Below are positions 29,275 to 42,200 of a DNA stretch of 64,000 nt, piece after piece (positions within the stretch are counted from its first letter, which is position 1; every line of letters begins with the position of its first letter). The notes beneath the pieces were generated by a model, which did no database searches, was not told the origin of the DNA, and worked only from the letters and a program-made list of their open reading frames with translations. A program made the translations under genes and the position numbers. The stretch spans positions 5,828,001 through 5,892,000 of the forward strand of contig NC_073410.1 of NCBI RefSeq assembly GCF_028641065.1, given 5' to 3'. The stretch comes from Leucoraja erinacea. Its lineage: Eukaryota.

Positions 29275-29789
29275 TCAGAGTTTGAATCCCACAGTCTCGT
29301 TCCTCGTTGATTTATTTGTTTCTCTGCAATCTTTATATATAAAGATGCCCACTCCGCTGGCACTGATGAGAAGACTCGTGAGCTGTGATGGCGAGACTAT
29401 CCATTCACATGCAATGATGCTCCTTAGAGTCAGTATGTCCGTCTTCGCAACCTCCACCATGCTCGTCATCAGTGCTGAACTCAACAAAGTGCACATGCAA
29501 GCGAGAAGCTTCAGGAAACATCCCAGGAGCAGCACCAAGGAAAAGAAGCCCAAAAAGATCAGACTGGTCCAACTTCCCGAAGGGTAGATCTGATGAGTAT
29601 CTGGATGGAGAAGGCAGTACACAAGCAGCAGTGGGCAGCTGTTGATGGTACAGGTGTAGTGAACATCCACCACTGATGTCTTTTGGTCTTCACAAATCCT
29701 TTGGAGCAAAGTGAGATAAGTGCTCTCGAGCATGACGTTCATCAACCCATAGACGTAACCAATGGCTTCATCATTGAAGGTGTGGACAC
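29275..29789 (-). CDS. SLC35D3-like exon 3
   Basis: Acceptor cccttccttag; VHTFNDEAIGYVYGLMNV...ETVGFKL-stop. Confidence 0.88.
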
Positions 29790-32700
29790 CTAAGGAAGGG
29801 CAAATGAGAACAGTATTTGGTTAGGATTTATTAGTAGAATATTGGTCATGTTTTTCATTTTCTTGCTTTCACATTCTTCAAAACAATATTCTATTACAAG
29901 TGAATATCAGTTGAGATACTGGTGGTGAGAAAGTGTAGAAGAGGTTTAGCGGGATGCTGCCTGGGTTAGAGAGTATTAGGCACAAGGAGAGGTTGGACAA
30001 ACTCGGTATGTAGGAAGGAACTGCAGATGTTTGTTTACACCAAAGAGAGACACAAAAAAGCGAGAGTAACCTAGTGGGTCTGGCAGCATCTCTGGAGAAA
30101 AGGAATAGATGACGTTTTGGGTTGAGACCCATCATCAGAGAAGAAAGGTCTCAACCCGAAAATTCACCTATTCCCTTTCTCCAGAGATGCTGCCTGAGTT
30201 ACTCCAGGTTTTTGTGTCTATCTTTGGACAAATGGGTTGTTTTTAATGGAACGGCAGAGGTTCGGAGGAGACCTGATAGAAGTGTAAGAATTACGTGAGG
30301 CATACATAGGGTAGAAGTAAACACTTAGTACTATTTTCCCCAGTGACAATGTCAAAAACTAAGGGCCTAGCTTTAAGGTGAGAGGGGAAATTTTTAAATA
30401 CGTGTTGGGCAATAGGAAGAACATGCAAGCTCCACACAGGCAGCATCCCGGGTTAGAATTGAACCTGGGTTGCTGGAGTTTCACTGAGGCAACACTAACT
30501 GCTGTGCTCAACCATGCTGCTCAAATCCCAGTGGTTAATATTTGCCAATGTTCTGCAAATTATCTCTAGATTATCGCTGATAAAAGGTGGAATTGGTGCA
30601 ATTTTAATTATAGATAAGATAAAATGTTCCAAATTCTGGCTCGTGTTTGTTGAAAATCAAACTAGAGAAGTCAGCGAATTTTTGAGTTTAACATTAACTC
30701 TTTTGGAAATCATTCACGGGATGTGACAATCGCCGCAAGGCACTTGTTTTCTTTCTTCCTCCCTTCAGTCGTTGCCTGTGGCTTGGAGCACAATGACACC
30801 CTCAGGATATTATCGGGCAACTCTTATCTTCAGATGCCACTGTGCGAACACGATGTTTAAGGTCAGCCCCAGCTGCCTCAATGTGACAGGTCTGTACTTT
30901 GCTGAGTCCTTTCTACTTCAGTCTCTCGGGGGTTGGGAATAACTTGCTCCCACTCTGTCTTCCATGGTCTTGAAGTGACTGATGAAGCCAATTCTTCCAC
31001 AAATGGATTATGAGATGCCTGAGAGGATGGGCAGTTGAATGGTGTGTGAGATGGTGCTCTCATCACGACATTTACACTGGGCCTCTCTGTTCCTGCTACA
31101 CTGATCTGACATTCTTAATATCATCCCAATTGCTCCTTCTCCACTTTGAGCGGCCATAAGTTTGTGATTCCCATTAGTCAGTTGGAATGTTGTATTTCTT
31201 CATGGAGGCTTTGAGCGCATCCCTGAATGTTTTCTTCTGTGAATCTGTTAATCTCTTGTGCAAAGATTGGAATATACAGTGCCCTCCATAAAGTTTGGGA
31301 CAAAGACCCATCGTTTATTTGCCTCTGTACTCTACCATTTGAGATTTATAATAGAAAAAAAATCACATGTGGTTAATGTGCACATTGTCAGGTTTTATTA
31401 AAGGATATTTTCATAATTTTGGTTTCACCATGTAGAAATTACAGCTGTGTTTATACATAGTCCCCCCCCCCCCCCCCCCCTCCATGTCAGGACATCATCG
31501 TGTTTGGGACACATGGCTTCATAGGCGTTTGTAATTGCACAGGTGTGTTTAATTGCCTCCGTAATGCAGGTATAAGAGAGCTCTCGGCTCCTAGTCTTTC
31601 CATCACCTTTGGATTCTTTTATTGCTGTTTATCAACATGTCCAAAGTTGTGCTAATGAAAGTCAAAGAAGCCATTATGAGACTAAGAAACACAAATAAAA
31701 CTGTTAGAGACATCAGCCAAACCAAGCTTACCAAAATCAACCGTTTGGAACATCATTACAAAGAAAGAGAGCACTGGTGAGCTTACTAATCGCAAAGGGA
31801 CTGGCAGGCCAAGGATGCACAGTCACAGCTGATGACAGAAGAATTATCTCTATAATAAAGAAAAATCTCCAAATACCTGTCTAACAGATCAGACTCTTCA
31901 GGTCTGGTGTGGATTTGTCAATGACCACTGATGCCACCGCACAGAGGCTAAAATACTGGTAATGGATGAATGCCAAGGCGAAGGTACAAACTAAGATATT
32001 GTAGAGATGGGATGTACATTAGTTTAGGAGCTCGAACTTGAATCTACAGTCTTGCATCTATATAACAGAAAGTACTCTAAAGTGATTTATCAAGACTTGC
32101 ACTTAATTGAAATAACAGATTACTGGAATTGCCATTATTTGGAAGAAATATCAAACTAGGGTCTTAGCTGCTCTCTAAATGCAAAAGTTCTGGCAGTATT
32201 TTGGGAAACAAAAGCAGTGGAGTTATTCTCTCTATTTTGGGCAAATGCTGCTCCTGCACCCACCAAATCCAGAAATTGACTTAATGGGTTGGTCTCACAG
32301 TTTTTGATGGAATTGTTTTGCAAAGATTATCATATTGTTCACTTTACCGCAATGATAACACTTTATTGTCAGTTATGTACTTTGAGATGTTTTGAAAGTT
32401 TTAATGCAAATTAGTCAAACAAATTATCCATCATTGCATCTTACCTGCAAGAACCGAGCACAAAGTGACCAGGAGCACAAGGAAGGCACTGCCGGTAGAC
32501 GCTCTCTTTTTCAAGTTGAATGTTTGCATCAGGGCTAAGCTGGCCACTGGGGTGAACCGCCTGATGAAGGTGAAGACAGTGGAGCTGGAGTTGGTCACAG
32601 CCCACAGGATGAGGATGGAATGAAAACAGTAACAAATAGAAGGGAGCAAGAAAATCTCTCCATTCTCCAGTAAATAGGGCCGAATCTTCAGTAGCCCAAC

Positions 32701-34661
32701 TCGTTTGAGTAACTGCAGCATGCCAATGGTTAGTAGTGTCTATCAAAAGAAAAACAGTTGAATAGAACTGAATGTATATTTATGAAACATTGTCATATCT
32801 CCAAGTCTCAAAGTAAATGACTTTAAAACTGTATACATTAATGTTATTTGGTGCAAAACAAGCTCCCACAAATAACAATGGGATGACATATTTGGTCCTG
32901 TTTTACATACCATTAATTGATTTGGCAAGGACAGCGAGAGGATCAGTACTCTTGAAATGATACAGTGACGTTATTGAAAGGCAAACATGATTGTTTCAAC
33001 ACCGATAGTACAACACGCTACGCCTACTGTGTTTGCTCAGGTGTGCCACCATCCTCTGAATTCAAAGGTAATGTTTTTGTTATTTAAGAAAAATACTTCT
33101 TATTCAACATTGCTTGTCAATGAACCTGAAGGTTTCTAGTTCAAAGGGGCATAAGGAATCATAAAGAGTTATTTATTCAGTTTCTGAGTGTCACTGCTCA
33201 TCTCTAATTGCCTTGAGAAGAAGATGGTGAACTGCCATCGCGAATCACCCTCTGGTGAATATTCTCCCACCGTGCTGTTGAAAAGGCATTTCCAGGATTT
33301 AGTCCTGTGAAGATGAAAGGCCAGTGGATTCCTAAATCGGGATCGTGTGTGATTTGGAGCGAGCGTGTGGTGGTGTTCCGTATTTCCAAATCAATGATCC
33401 TGAGTGGCAGAGGTTCTGGGTTTGGAGTTGGAACTGGCTTGATGAGTAACTTTAGCGCATTTTGTTGGTGGTACACTGTATCAGTCGTGGAGGGAATAAA
33501 TTTACAGTGGCATCGATAAATGAAGTTGCTGTGTTCTGGAAGGTGCTGAGATTCAGGTTGGGACTCTACTCAGCTAGGGAATGTCCAAATGTTCTTTACA
33601 GCTAGTGAAGTTCACATTGTGCAACAATATTGTAACGAAGGGGACAGCAGCTAACTTATACACACAGAGTAATGTGAAAAAGAACAGATAACGCATTGGT
33701 TATTGTGTGAAGTCTAAATGTTGACTGAGGCTCTGGGACAAACACCCATGGTGGTCTTAAGTATATTTCCCTTTTATACTAGGCGACAACTTCTTGTTCA
33801 AAGGACAGCACCTCCAATAGAGTAATGCCCCTGTCCCACTTAGGAAACCTGAACGGAAACCTCTGGGGACTTTGCTCCCCACGCAAGGTTTCCGTGCGGT
33901 TCCCAGAGGTTGCCGGAGGTTGCAGGTAGGGAGACTAACAAAAATCTCCGGGAACCACACGGAAACCTTGGGTGGGGGGCAAAGTCTCCAGAGGTTTCCG
34001 TTCAGGTTTCCTACGTAGGACGGGGGCATTACTAACCCTCAACACTGGGAATATAAAATAAGATTTACCTTTTTAAATCGATTATGTATTTCATTAAAAG
34101 GTGTGGAAAATTTGTGCAAAGAGTGACATTACCGCACGATTATCACACTGATTAAGATTAAGTTATATACCAATATAACGCGGAGTCTTGGATTTTGTAC
34201 TCAAACCTGCAAGTACGACCTACTGACCAGGGTTAAAGATTACTCCGAAGCTAAAAGTGTCCCTAATTCGGGTTTTTACTGACAAACATCAAAGTAATAT
34301 CAAGTTTAAAACATTTGTCTGAAGCCCCGTTAAGGGTGAAATTTGTCACCCACTTATCAACAGCAGAGTGACGAACCAAGAAATTGTCCCGGGGAGAGGG
34401 GGGGTTGTATTCCTGCTCAGACACACTTGTCACAGTAACAGAGCAATGGCCCAGACCACCAACCCCTAGCTGTTTGCCAGCTCTACTCACCTGGCAGAGG
34501 ACGATGAAGGCAGGGAAACTGAAGCGGTACTGGCTGATGAAGACTTTGCTGACGAACTCTGAGAACGCGGAGCAGATGGTGTAGAGAGCCCAGGCTGAGA
34601 ACCAGCAGCCACACAGGAGCCACCGGTAGCCCCGCACCGGTGCGGGGACCTCTGCCGCCAT
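29275..34661 (-). CDS. SLC35D3-like nucleotide-sugar transporter (divergent paralog), 3 exons, 326 aa
   Basis: complement(join(29275..29789,32445..32739,34491..34661)); GT-AG introns, phases 0 and 1, 981 nt open, multi-pass hydrophobic protein. Aligns by eye with recalled human SLC35D3: KVFISQYRFSF/KFLISRYQFSF, LQLLKRVGL/LELLRRLGL, RRFTP/KRCLP, CSVLAG/CGAALAG, IGYVYG/IGYVTG, YLTLLQR/YLVLIQK. Confidence 0.88.
31277..31930 (+). mobile_element. Tc1/mariner left arm with decayed transposase N-terminus
   Basis: TA|CAGTGCCCTCCATA terminus; VKEAIMRLRN...KSTVWNIITK...RKGTGRPR (paired HTH and GRPR motif). Confidence 0.8.
32445..32739 (-). CDS. SLC35D3-like exon 2
   Basis: Acceptor ttttgatag; TLLTIGMLQLLKRVGL...LVTLCSVLA; donor G|GTAAG. 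Confidence 0.88.
33826..34028. mobile_element. MITE, PIF/Harbinger-like, in SLC35D3-like intron 1
   Basis: Imperfect inverted arms of about 80 bp flanked by TAA/TTA. Confidence 0.75.
34491..34661 (-). CDS. SLC35D3-like exon 1
   Basis: MAAEVPAPVRGYRW...FISQYRFSFPAFIVLCQ; donor CAG|GTGAGT; locally CpG-rich. Confidence 0.85.
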
Positions 34662-36106
34662 CCCATGGAATGGGGAAACGGGGTGGGAAATCAAACTGGT
34701 CAAATTAAAGATTAACCATGGGCCACTAAAATGTGGACAGAACCAAATTGACCTCTTGTAACGGACCTTTATTTTCACAGTGGTTAATGATTTACAAGGT
34801 TCGTCAAACCCTCCAGGATTGCAATTCAGAAAGATATGCTACGAATCAATAAATATATCCAGTATTTACTACACTAGGAGGAAAATGTTGATGAACTTCA
34901 TCTATAGAATGGCCTTAAATCAAAATTGAAAGGAGGTGGATTTCAATTCAATTGGATTTAATTATCTCAGGTGTGAGATTACTTTAAAACATATTTACTT
35001 TAGCACCTTGCGAAGTTTGGATTCTATCAAAGATGCCGTTTTATATTGGGGAGGAAAAAAACAAATGTCAGTCGGGTAAATTGGGGCTGTTCGTGACTGT
35101 TTCATCGTGACTCTTTTGAATTGATGGCCTTGATCTGGAAATGGCCTGTTTCTATTTTCAAATCGTTACATAATGTTTAAAAAGTCCAATATAAAAAATC
35201 GTAACAAAATTAAGATCACTTGGTCTTTGCTGGTCATAAAAGCAGCTATTGTGCAACACAACTTTGGAATTATACCGATTTACGGACAGGGTGATGGGTA
35301 TGGTGAGAAATGAAGTCGATATATCAACACGTTTTGGGGGGTTTTAAATTATTTTTCGTTTTTTTGTCTTTTTATTTTTTTTAAAGTTTTTACTTACTCT
35401 GTGACTACACTCTTTGGTAGTTTAGGGCTTCTATTTTTACACATTCACTCTTTCACTTTCTTTCTTTTCTGCTCTTTCTCTCTTTTTCTATTTCATTTTT
35501 GTTAAAATTAAAATGGAAGATGTACAATAAATGTATTATGTCATATGTATTATGTCATATACTATTGTACACTGCTTTTAATAAAAATATTTTTTAGTTA
35601 AAAAAAAAAATTAAAAAAAAAAAAAAAAGCCGCTATTAAACTTAATCCACCAACCAACACTAAACTGATTGTCGCCCATGTCACAACCTGTCAGCACAGA
35701 AACAGGTCCTTTATTTCATCTCAGCATGTTAACCGGTTTGTGCATTTACACCATTCCATTTGTCCAACAAAGATCTCCATCCTTTTATCTCTTGCCTGTT
35801 TAAGTACCTGTCAAATTTCCATCACATCCTCTGGCAATGACTTTAAGATTCAACCACACTAAGATTCAAGCAAACTTTCTCCTCAAATCCTCTTTAAAAA
35901 ATCTTTCATCTCACCTTAACATGCTGCCCTTCTTGTATTTGATACCTGTATCATAGGAAAAAGATTTTTATTATCTAATCCATTCTTACTATTTTATACA
36001 TCTCTATCAGATCATCGTTCAGCCTCCTGTTACAGGGAAAATAAGCTCAGCCTATCCAATCTTTCCTCATAAAGTCCTTCAATCCAGGCAGCAACTTGGT
36101 GAATCT

Positions 36107-36223
36107 GAAGGGTCTTGACCCGAAACGTCGCCGATTCCTTCTCTCCATGTATGCTGCCTCACTCACTGAACATTTTGTATCTACCTTCGATTTTACCAGC
36201 ATCTGCAGTTCTTTCTTAAACAA
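36107..36223 (+). mobile_element. Short Penelope-terminus-derived insertion nested in CR1
   Basis: 14 bp TSD aacttggtgaatct at 36093-36106 and 36224-36237; starts within the hammerhead motif. Confidence 0.8.
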
Positions 36224-38116
36224 AACTTGGTGAATCTCCTCTACTCTCCCCAGAGCCACCACACGCTATAATGTAGCAACCAGAACTATGCATATTAATG
36301 CCATGTATGACCTAATGACTGTTTTGTAAAGTTGCCTTGATTGGCCCTATGTTTTTATTAAAGTATATTGCCATATTTCCATATTTCCAGCTTGCACACT
36401 ATCAGGATTAGGAACAGTTTTCAGAAACTGAACCCTGGCATAACCTGCAGAGGACCTGCAAGTATAACTCACACATTTTTGGTGCCATCTATATTTTAAA
36501 TACTTTGCCAATATCAGCCACCTGCTTTAAATGAATTATAAAATGTGATGAACAGAACTGTAAGCATCACATTCTGTAGTAACAAATTTATCTCGTGACA
36601 AATCATCCACTATAACGCACACTGTTGTTGAGTCTGTTTCCTGCTTGAGGCTAAACTCAGATCCACGTATTATACTTAATACCCAATATTTCCAGCTCTG
36701 ATTTACAAAAAATGCTCTACAAACTTTAGATTAGATTAGATTAGATTCGTTTATTGTCATTCAGACCTTTCGGTCTGAACGAAATTCTGTTTCCCTGCAG
36801 TCATACATATAATTTTTAAAAAATGACAAAACACATAGTCAACACAAATTTAACATCCACCACAGTGAGTTCACCAAACACCTCCTCACTGTGGTGGAAG
36901 GCAAAATCTTAAAATGGCAAAATCTTAAAGTTGTTGTGTTAAAACAACACAACAACTTCTTAATTTCATCGCCCAAATGCTGACTCGTACCAAGTGATTC
37001 AGTTTTCCACTGAGAAAATGTTTTCATGGAATTTTTCATCATAGATCCATTTGCCAGCACGTGTCAGAGCTGTCACACTGAGATATGGTCAAGCTGGTAA
37101 TTTTTCAGGATCCGAAAATGGAACTGCCAATATTCCAGAATCCATTACATTTGTACCTGACAGGCCAAATGATTTCCTTCTTGAAGCTTCATACTCAAAA
37201 GCCCAGACAGCCAAACATTTTTTTTTAAACCATTGCAGAAAAAATTTAAAGTGAAATGCGATCCTGTATAAGATTTATCACCATTTCAGATCAGGAGGAG
37301 ATGTGTTGCTAATTGTCAACTCCTAAATAGTTAGAAAAAGGATTGGAACATTAACAGGAGTGAAGGATTGTAGTCGTGAAGAAAAAAGAAAAGCTATTAT
37401 CTTTTTACCTAGAACTGAGATGATTTAGGTCGGATTTTTAAAAGATTTTTTTTTTAAATCATGAATGTTACTTCACTGTTTAAGAAGAGAGGGAGGCAAA
37501 AGGATGGAAATTATAGGCCGGTTAGCCGACTTCAATGGTTGGTAAGATTTTGAAGTCCATTATTAAGGACATTATTATTACGGTTTCGGGGTATTTTGAA
37601 GCACATGATAAGATCGGCTGAAGTCAGCATGGTTTTGTTATGAGGAGAACTTGCTTGACAAATCTGGTGGATTTCTTTGAAAAAGTAACAAGCAGGAGAG
37701 ACAGATGCAATGCTGGCTGTTGTCGCATTCTGTATACTATGATTTTTATGCACCCATTTTGAAAGTTAAAATATTGAATATTCAATTTAGGGCCTGGTAT
37801 ACAGGGCATATAAAAGGATATTTAATTTACTAAATATTCAAGATTGTATGCCTACCTTGGGTGTTATCTAATCCTTCACTGATTCAATCTTTAACTGAGG
37901 TAACAAACTAAACATTCTTGTGAGATCCTGTTGAAAGTCAATTCTTGATTAAAAAAAATGACTAATATAAAGATGCAAGGAACTTTGTAATTAACTTTCC
38001 ATGTCTAATTACAGTAATCCACAATTTCTCTTACATAACGTTACTAGTCTAGACTAGTTTAGAGATACTTAAAAAAAAAAGACTTTATGAGCATAACTAA
38101 CTGTTTTAATGAATCA

Positions 38117-38505
38117 GATTATCAAAGAAGATCATCAAAGACAGCTCCCATCCTGCGTTTGGACTGTTCGACCTGCTGCCCTCTGGAAGGCGCTATAGGT
38201 GCATCAAATCCAGGACAAACAGACTCAGGAATAGTTGCTTTCCGAGAATTATAACTACTATAAATTCAAATTCACACATGCACTGACTACACGGCCCAAC
38301 ACGGACTTCCATCTGTATATATGTATATATGTATGTAGCGCCACAGAATTTGTGCACCTATTCACCCCCCATCTCCCTTCTGTTTTTTGTTTTTTCTGTT
38401 TCTTGTTTTTTGTGCTAAATTGTATGTAGGCATTGAGTACGAGCAGCTTTCAGTTTCACTGTACATGTATAGTGACAATAAATGGCATATCTATATCTAT
38501 CTATC
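38117..38505 (+). mobile_element. Rex1-type LINE 3' end with (CTAT)n tail
   Basis: IIKDSSHPAFGLFDLLPSGRRYRCIKSRTNRLRNS, followed by AATAAA and a microsatellite tail. Confidence 0.72.
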
Positions 38506-39104
38506 TGTGAACAAGATTAATTGAAAATAATGTTTCCAAAAACATGCATTAAAGATGACGATATCAGCTAGTGTCAAGGAATAAACATTTTTTTAAAAAC
38601 ACAATCCCACATTTTTCCTTTGGATGATTGATACAAACTATCAAACAAAAGGAAGGAGAGGGAAGGTGTAGGAAGGAACTGAAGATGCTGGTTTAAACTG
38701 AAGGAGACACAAAAAGCTGAATCTCAAAACCAAAAAGAATTTTTCCACACAGGAAGGTTTGGAAAGTTTTTTTTAATACTGAAAATCGGGTTTGAATGTA
38801 TTCAAATTGGTTGGTTGACTTTGTGGATCAAACGTTTAAAGCAGAAACAAGTTAAATACCACAGTATTATTATTTACTATTAGAAATGCACAATGACTTG
38901 TCTTCTTCCCTTCTCCAGTGCTATGAAGGAGACACAAAAAAAATGATATCTACCATTATGAAGGTCTTCAATGTGGAAAATATCCTGACGCATTCTATTT
39001 TTTCTTTGTGGCTAGCCCACATAAAATACCAAAGTGATGCAAAGAAATAACATCCACCCACTATCCAATCCCACCAAATGAGTCACTGCAGGATTTCAAG
39101 ACAG

Positions 39105-39275
39105 CTATTGCTTTTGAGTCCATTCTTTGATTAGATGATGTGCTAAAGCCCAGGGTGGTGGGATCCAGAAAGAAACCATTTCTTCCTTGCGAGGCATCTT
39201 GCGCTTCAAAGCTTCTGCCACTTCGGTAGCATCAAACCAGCGGGCATCCTGAAGCTCAGAGCGGTCGAACTGAAT
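39105..39275 (-). CDS. NUDT13: NUDT13 last coding exon
   Basis: [14 protein letters not shown]...[20 protein letters not shown]-stop. Confidence 0.93.
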   Translation of the reverse strand: MQFDRSELQDARWFDATEVAEALKRKMPRKEEMVSFWIPPPWALAHHLIKEWTQKQ

Positions 39276-42200
39276 CTGAAGCCATAACAAAATGCTTGTC
39301 AATGATATGGAAAATGCAGTGGTGGGAGCAATAAATATCTTTTTGCCAGATGCCAAGTACTGCACACAGGAATTCATAGCATGTAACAGATTTAAAAGTA
39401 GAAGATGTTGCATGTATTCGAGTGAGCTAGTCTGCTGTGTTAATCTGGCTGAGTTACAAGAGGCGGTTACCACTGCCTAAGGAAGGAAAAAAAAACTTTT
39501 GTTCAAAGATTAATGACCCTATATTTATCCTGTCATTGATGAATGATCTTCCATTTTCCATTGTGCCTTTCTCTTTAACTATGCATTAACCCAAATTCAC
39601 TTTGGGAAGAGTTTGTCAATTCTATTACAGCATTCCCAAAATATTAAATTACCATATGGAAATATGAATCGCAGCTGGAAACAGAATTTTGGTTTTGCCA
39701 AAAATGTACATGTGGAGAGAACAGTTAAAAGAGATTTGATTCACAATTTCCTGATCTTGTGACTTTCCTGTCAATTCCAAACGTTGATCACATTTTAAGC
39801 AAAAAGCAACTTTTCAACATAAATTCTACAACTAATTGGAACTGGTTTAAATATGTGCCTCTTGTCTTATCTTTAACATTTAGCACCGGCAAACTTTGCA
39901 GCAAGGAATGTCCTATTTGCATAACATATATATAATGCAGGCCAAAAGTGAAAAATAGTTAATCCTCATGTTAATATTTTTTAAAGATTGATAGACAAAA
40001 CTTTCCCCTTGAGTCAGAAGGTTATGTCATTACATAACATTGCATTATGGATCAGAGTCTCATTCTAATGTGCTATGGATTGGCTGTATCCTTCTAAAAC
40101 GCCCTCATGTAGCAAATTCTTCTTCTCAGCTGGGCCTCTATGGATTGGAACTAAATGGGGTCAAATTATTTTCATAAACAGAACACAAAACAGCCTTGAT
40201 TGGACTATGGTACACAAAAAAGCTGGAGAAACTCAGCGGGTGCAGCAGCATCTATGGAGCAAAGGAAATGTCTGAAGAAGGGTTTCGGCCGAAACGTTGT
40301 GTATTTCCTTCGCTCCATAGATGCTGCTGCACCCGCTGAGTTTCTCCAGCTTTTTTGTGTACCTTCGATTTTCCAGCATCTGCAGTTCCTTCTTAAACAC
40401 TTGATTGGACTATTCTTGTTATCTACTTGTGACTGCTTACAGAGCACCACAGGCATTGGCACCAAAGAGGTTGTCTATTATTTTATTCTGAACCAGAGAC
40501 AGGGCAAGTTGAAATGACTCAAACTAACAGTCAAACTTAATGAACCTTCACAGACAACATTTCCATGTTTCTGATGTGGTCATTGTTGATTTTCAGAAGC
40601 ATGCTCCTTATGTTTCTGCTCTCCAGGACTAATTTGTACCACACATTTACCTTGTTCTGCTTTGGCTGCACCATTGCATGGTATCCAATCATTAGGGAGC
40701 TGTTGGGAAAGGGCCAGTGTTGAGATGCTGAATAGACCAGCGATGTCACCTGCAAACCAACCTCCTCCGCAACCTCCCGCCGTACGGAGTCTTCCACAGA
40801 CTCTCCTGGGAGAGGCAAACAGAACAAGAAATAGGATTAGGACATGGAACAGTACAACACAGGAACATACCCCTTGGCCCACAATGTCCGTGCTGAACTC
40901 GATGTCATTAAACTAACCTCTGCCTGCAAGTGATCCATTTCCCACATATCTGTGTGCCTATCCAAAAGTCTCTTAAATACCAAAATCCGTGGTGCTGTGG
41001 GTAGAGTTGCTGCCTTACAATGCTTGCAGCGCCAGAGACCCGAGTTTGATCCCGATCACGGCTGCTGTTTGTACGGAGTTTATACGTTCTCCCCATAACC
41101 ATGTGGGTTTTCTCCGAGATTTTCAGTTTCCTCCAATGACGTACAGGTATGTTGGTAAATTGGCTTGGTATAAGCGCAAATTGTCCCTAGTATGTGTAGG
41201 AAAGTGTTAATGTGCGGGGATCACTGGTCGGTGCAGACACGGTGTGCCCAATGGCCTGTTTCCGCGCTGTATCCCTAAACTAAACTAAACTAAAATAATA
41301 TTGTATCTGATTCCTCCACCACCCACGGCAGTGCGATCCAGGCTGCACCAAACCTGTGCAAAAAAATCTTACCTCTATAAATGTTGCACCTCACTTAAAG
41401 CTATGCCTTCTAGTCGACATTTCCACCCGTGGAAAAAAGTTGCGGACGTCTACCCTATCTATTCTGCTAACAATTCTATATACTAAATGGTGTAATAAGC
41501 TAGACGGCATTAATAAACTTGCAGAGCAGGTAATGGACTGGAGGGCGGCATCTTCGGCCTGGATCGCCTCAGTGCAGAGGGAGAACAAGGAGGGAAGAGA
41601 CAGAGACTAAGACTTTTGCCTCCATCACAGTGAGGAGGTGCTTGGTGAACTCACTGTGGTGATGTTAACTTGTGTTTATTGTATGTTTTGTTATTTATTA
41701 TTATTGTGTATGACTGCAGAGAGGGAGAGGGAGATGGGGAGGAGAGAGGGGTGGGGTACGGGAGGAGAGAAGGATGGGGGAGAGAGGGGTCGGGTACGGG
41801 AGGAGAGAGGGATGGGGGAGAGGTGTGGGGGAGTGGGGGAGGGAGGGGAGGAGGGAGATGGGGTAGGGGAGGGAGGGGGAAGAGTGTGGAGGGAGGGGGA
41901 GAAAGGGTGGGGGGAGAGAGGGGAGAGAGTGTGGGGAGGGAGGGGTAGGGGAGGGAGAGAGGTGGAAGGGGGACAGAGGGGTAGGGGGAAGGGGGCGGAG
42001 GGAGAGAGAGGAAGGGGGGTGGGGGAGAGAGAGGGATGGGGGTGAGAGGAGAAGGAGAGGGAGAGGAGAGGGAGAGGGGTGAGGAGAGGGAGATGGAGAG
42101 GGGGAGGAGAGGGGGTGGGGTAGGGGAGGGGAGGGGGAGGGGGGGGATGGGGTACCACCATGAGGTACCAACTCCAGTTTAAATTCCAATTGGAATATTT

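Noticed and set aside
29282-29587. 101 aa plus-strand ORF
   Set aside because: Antisense shadow of SLC35D3-like exon 3.
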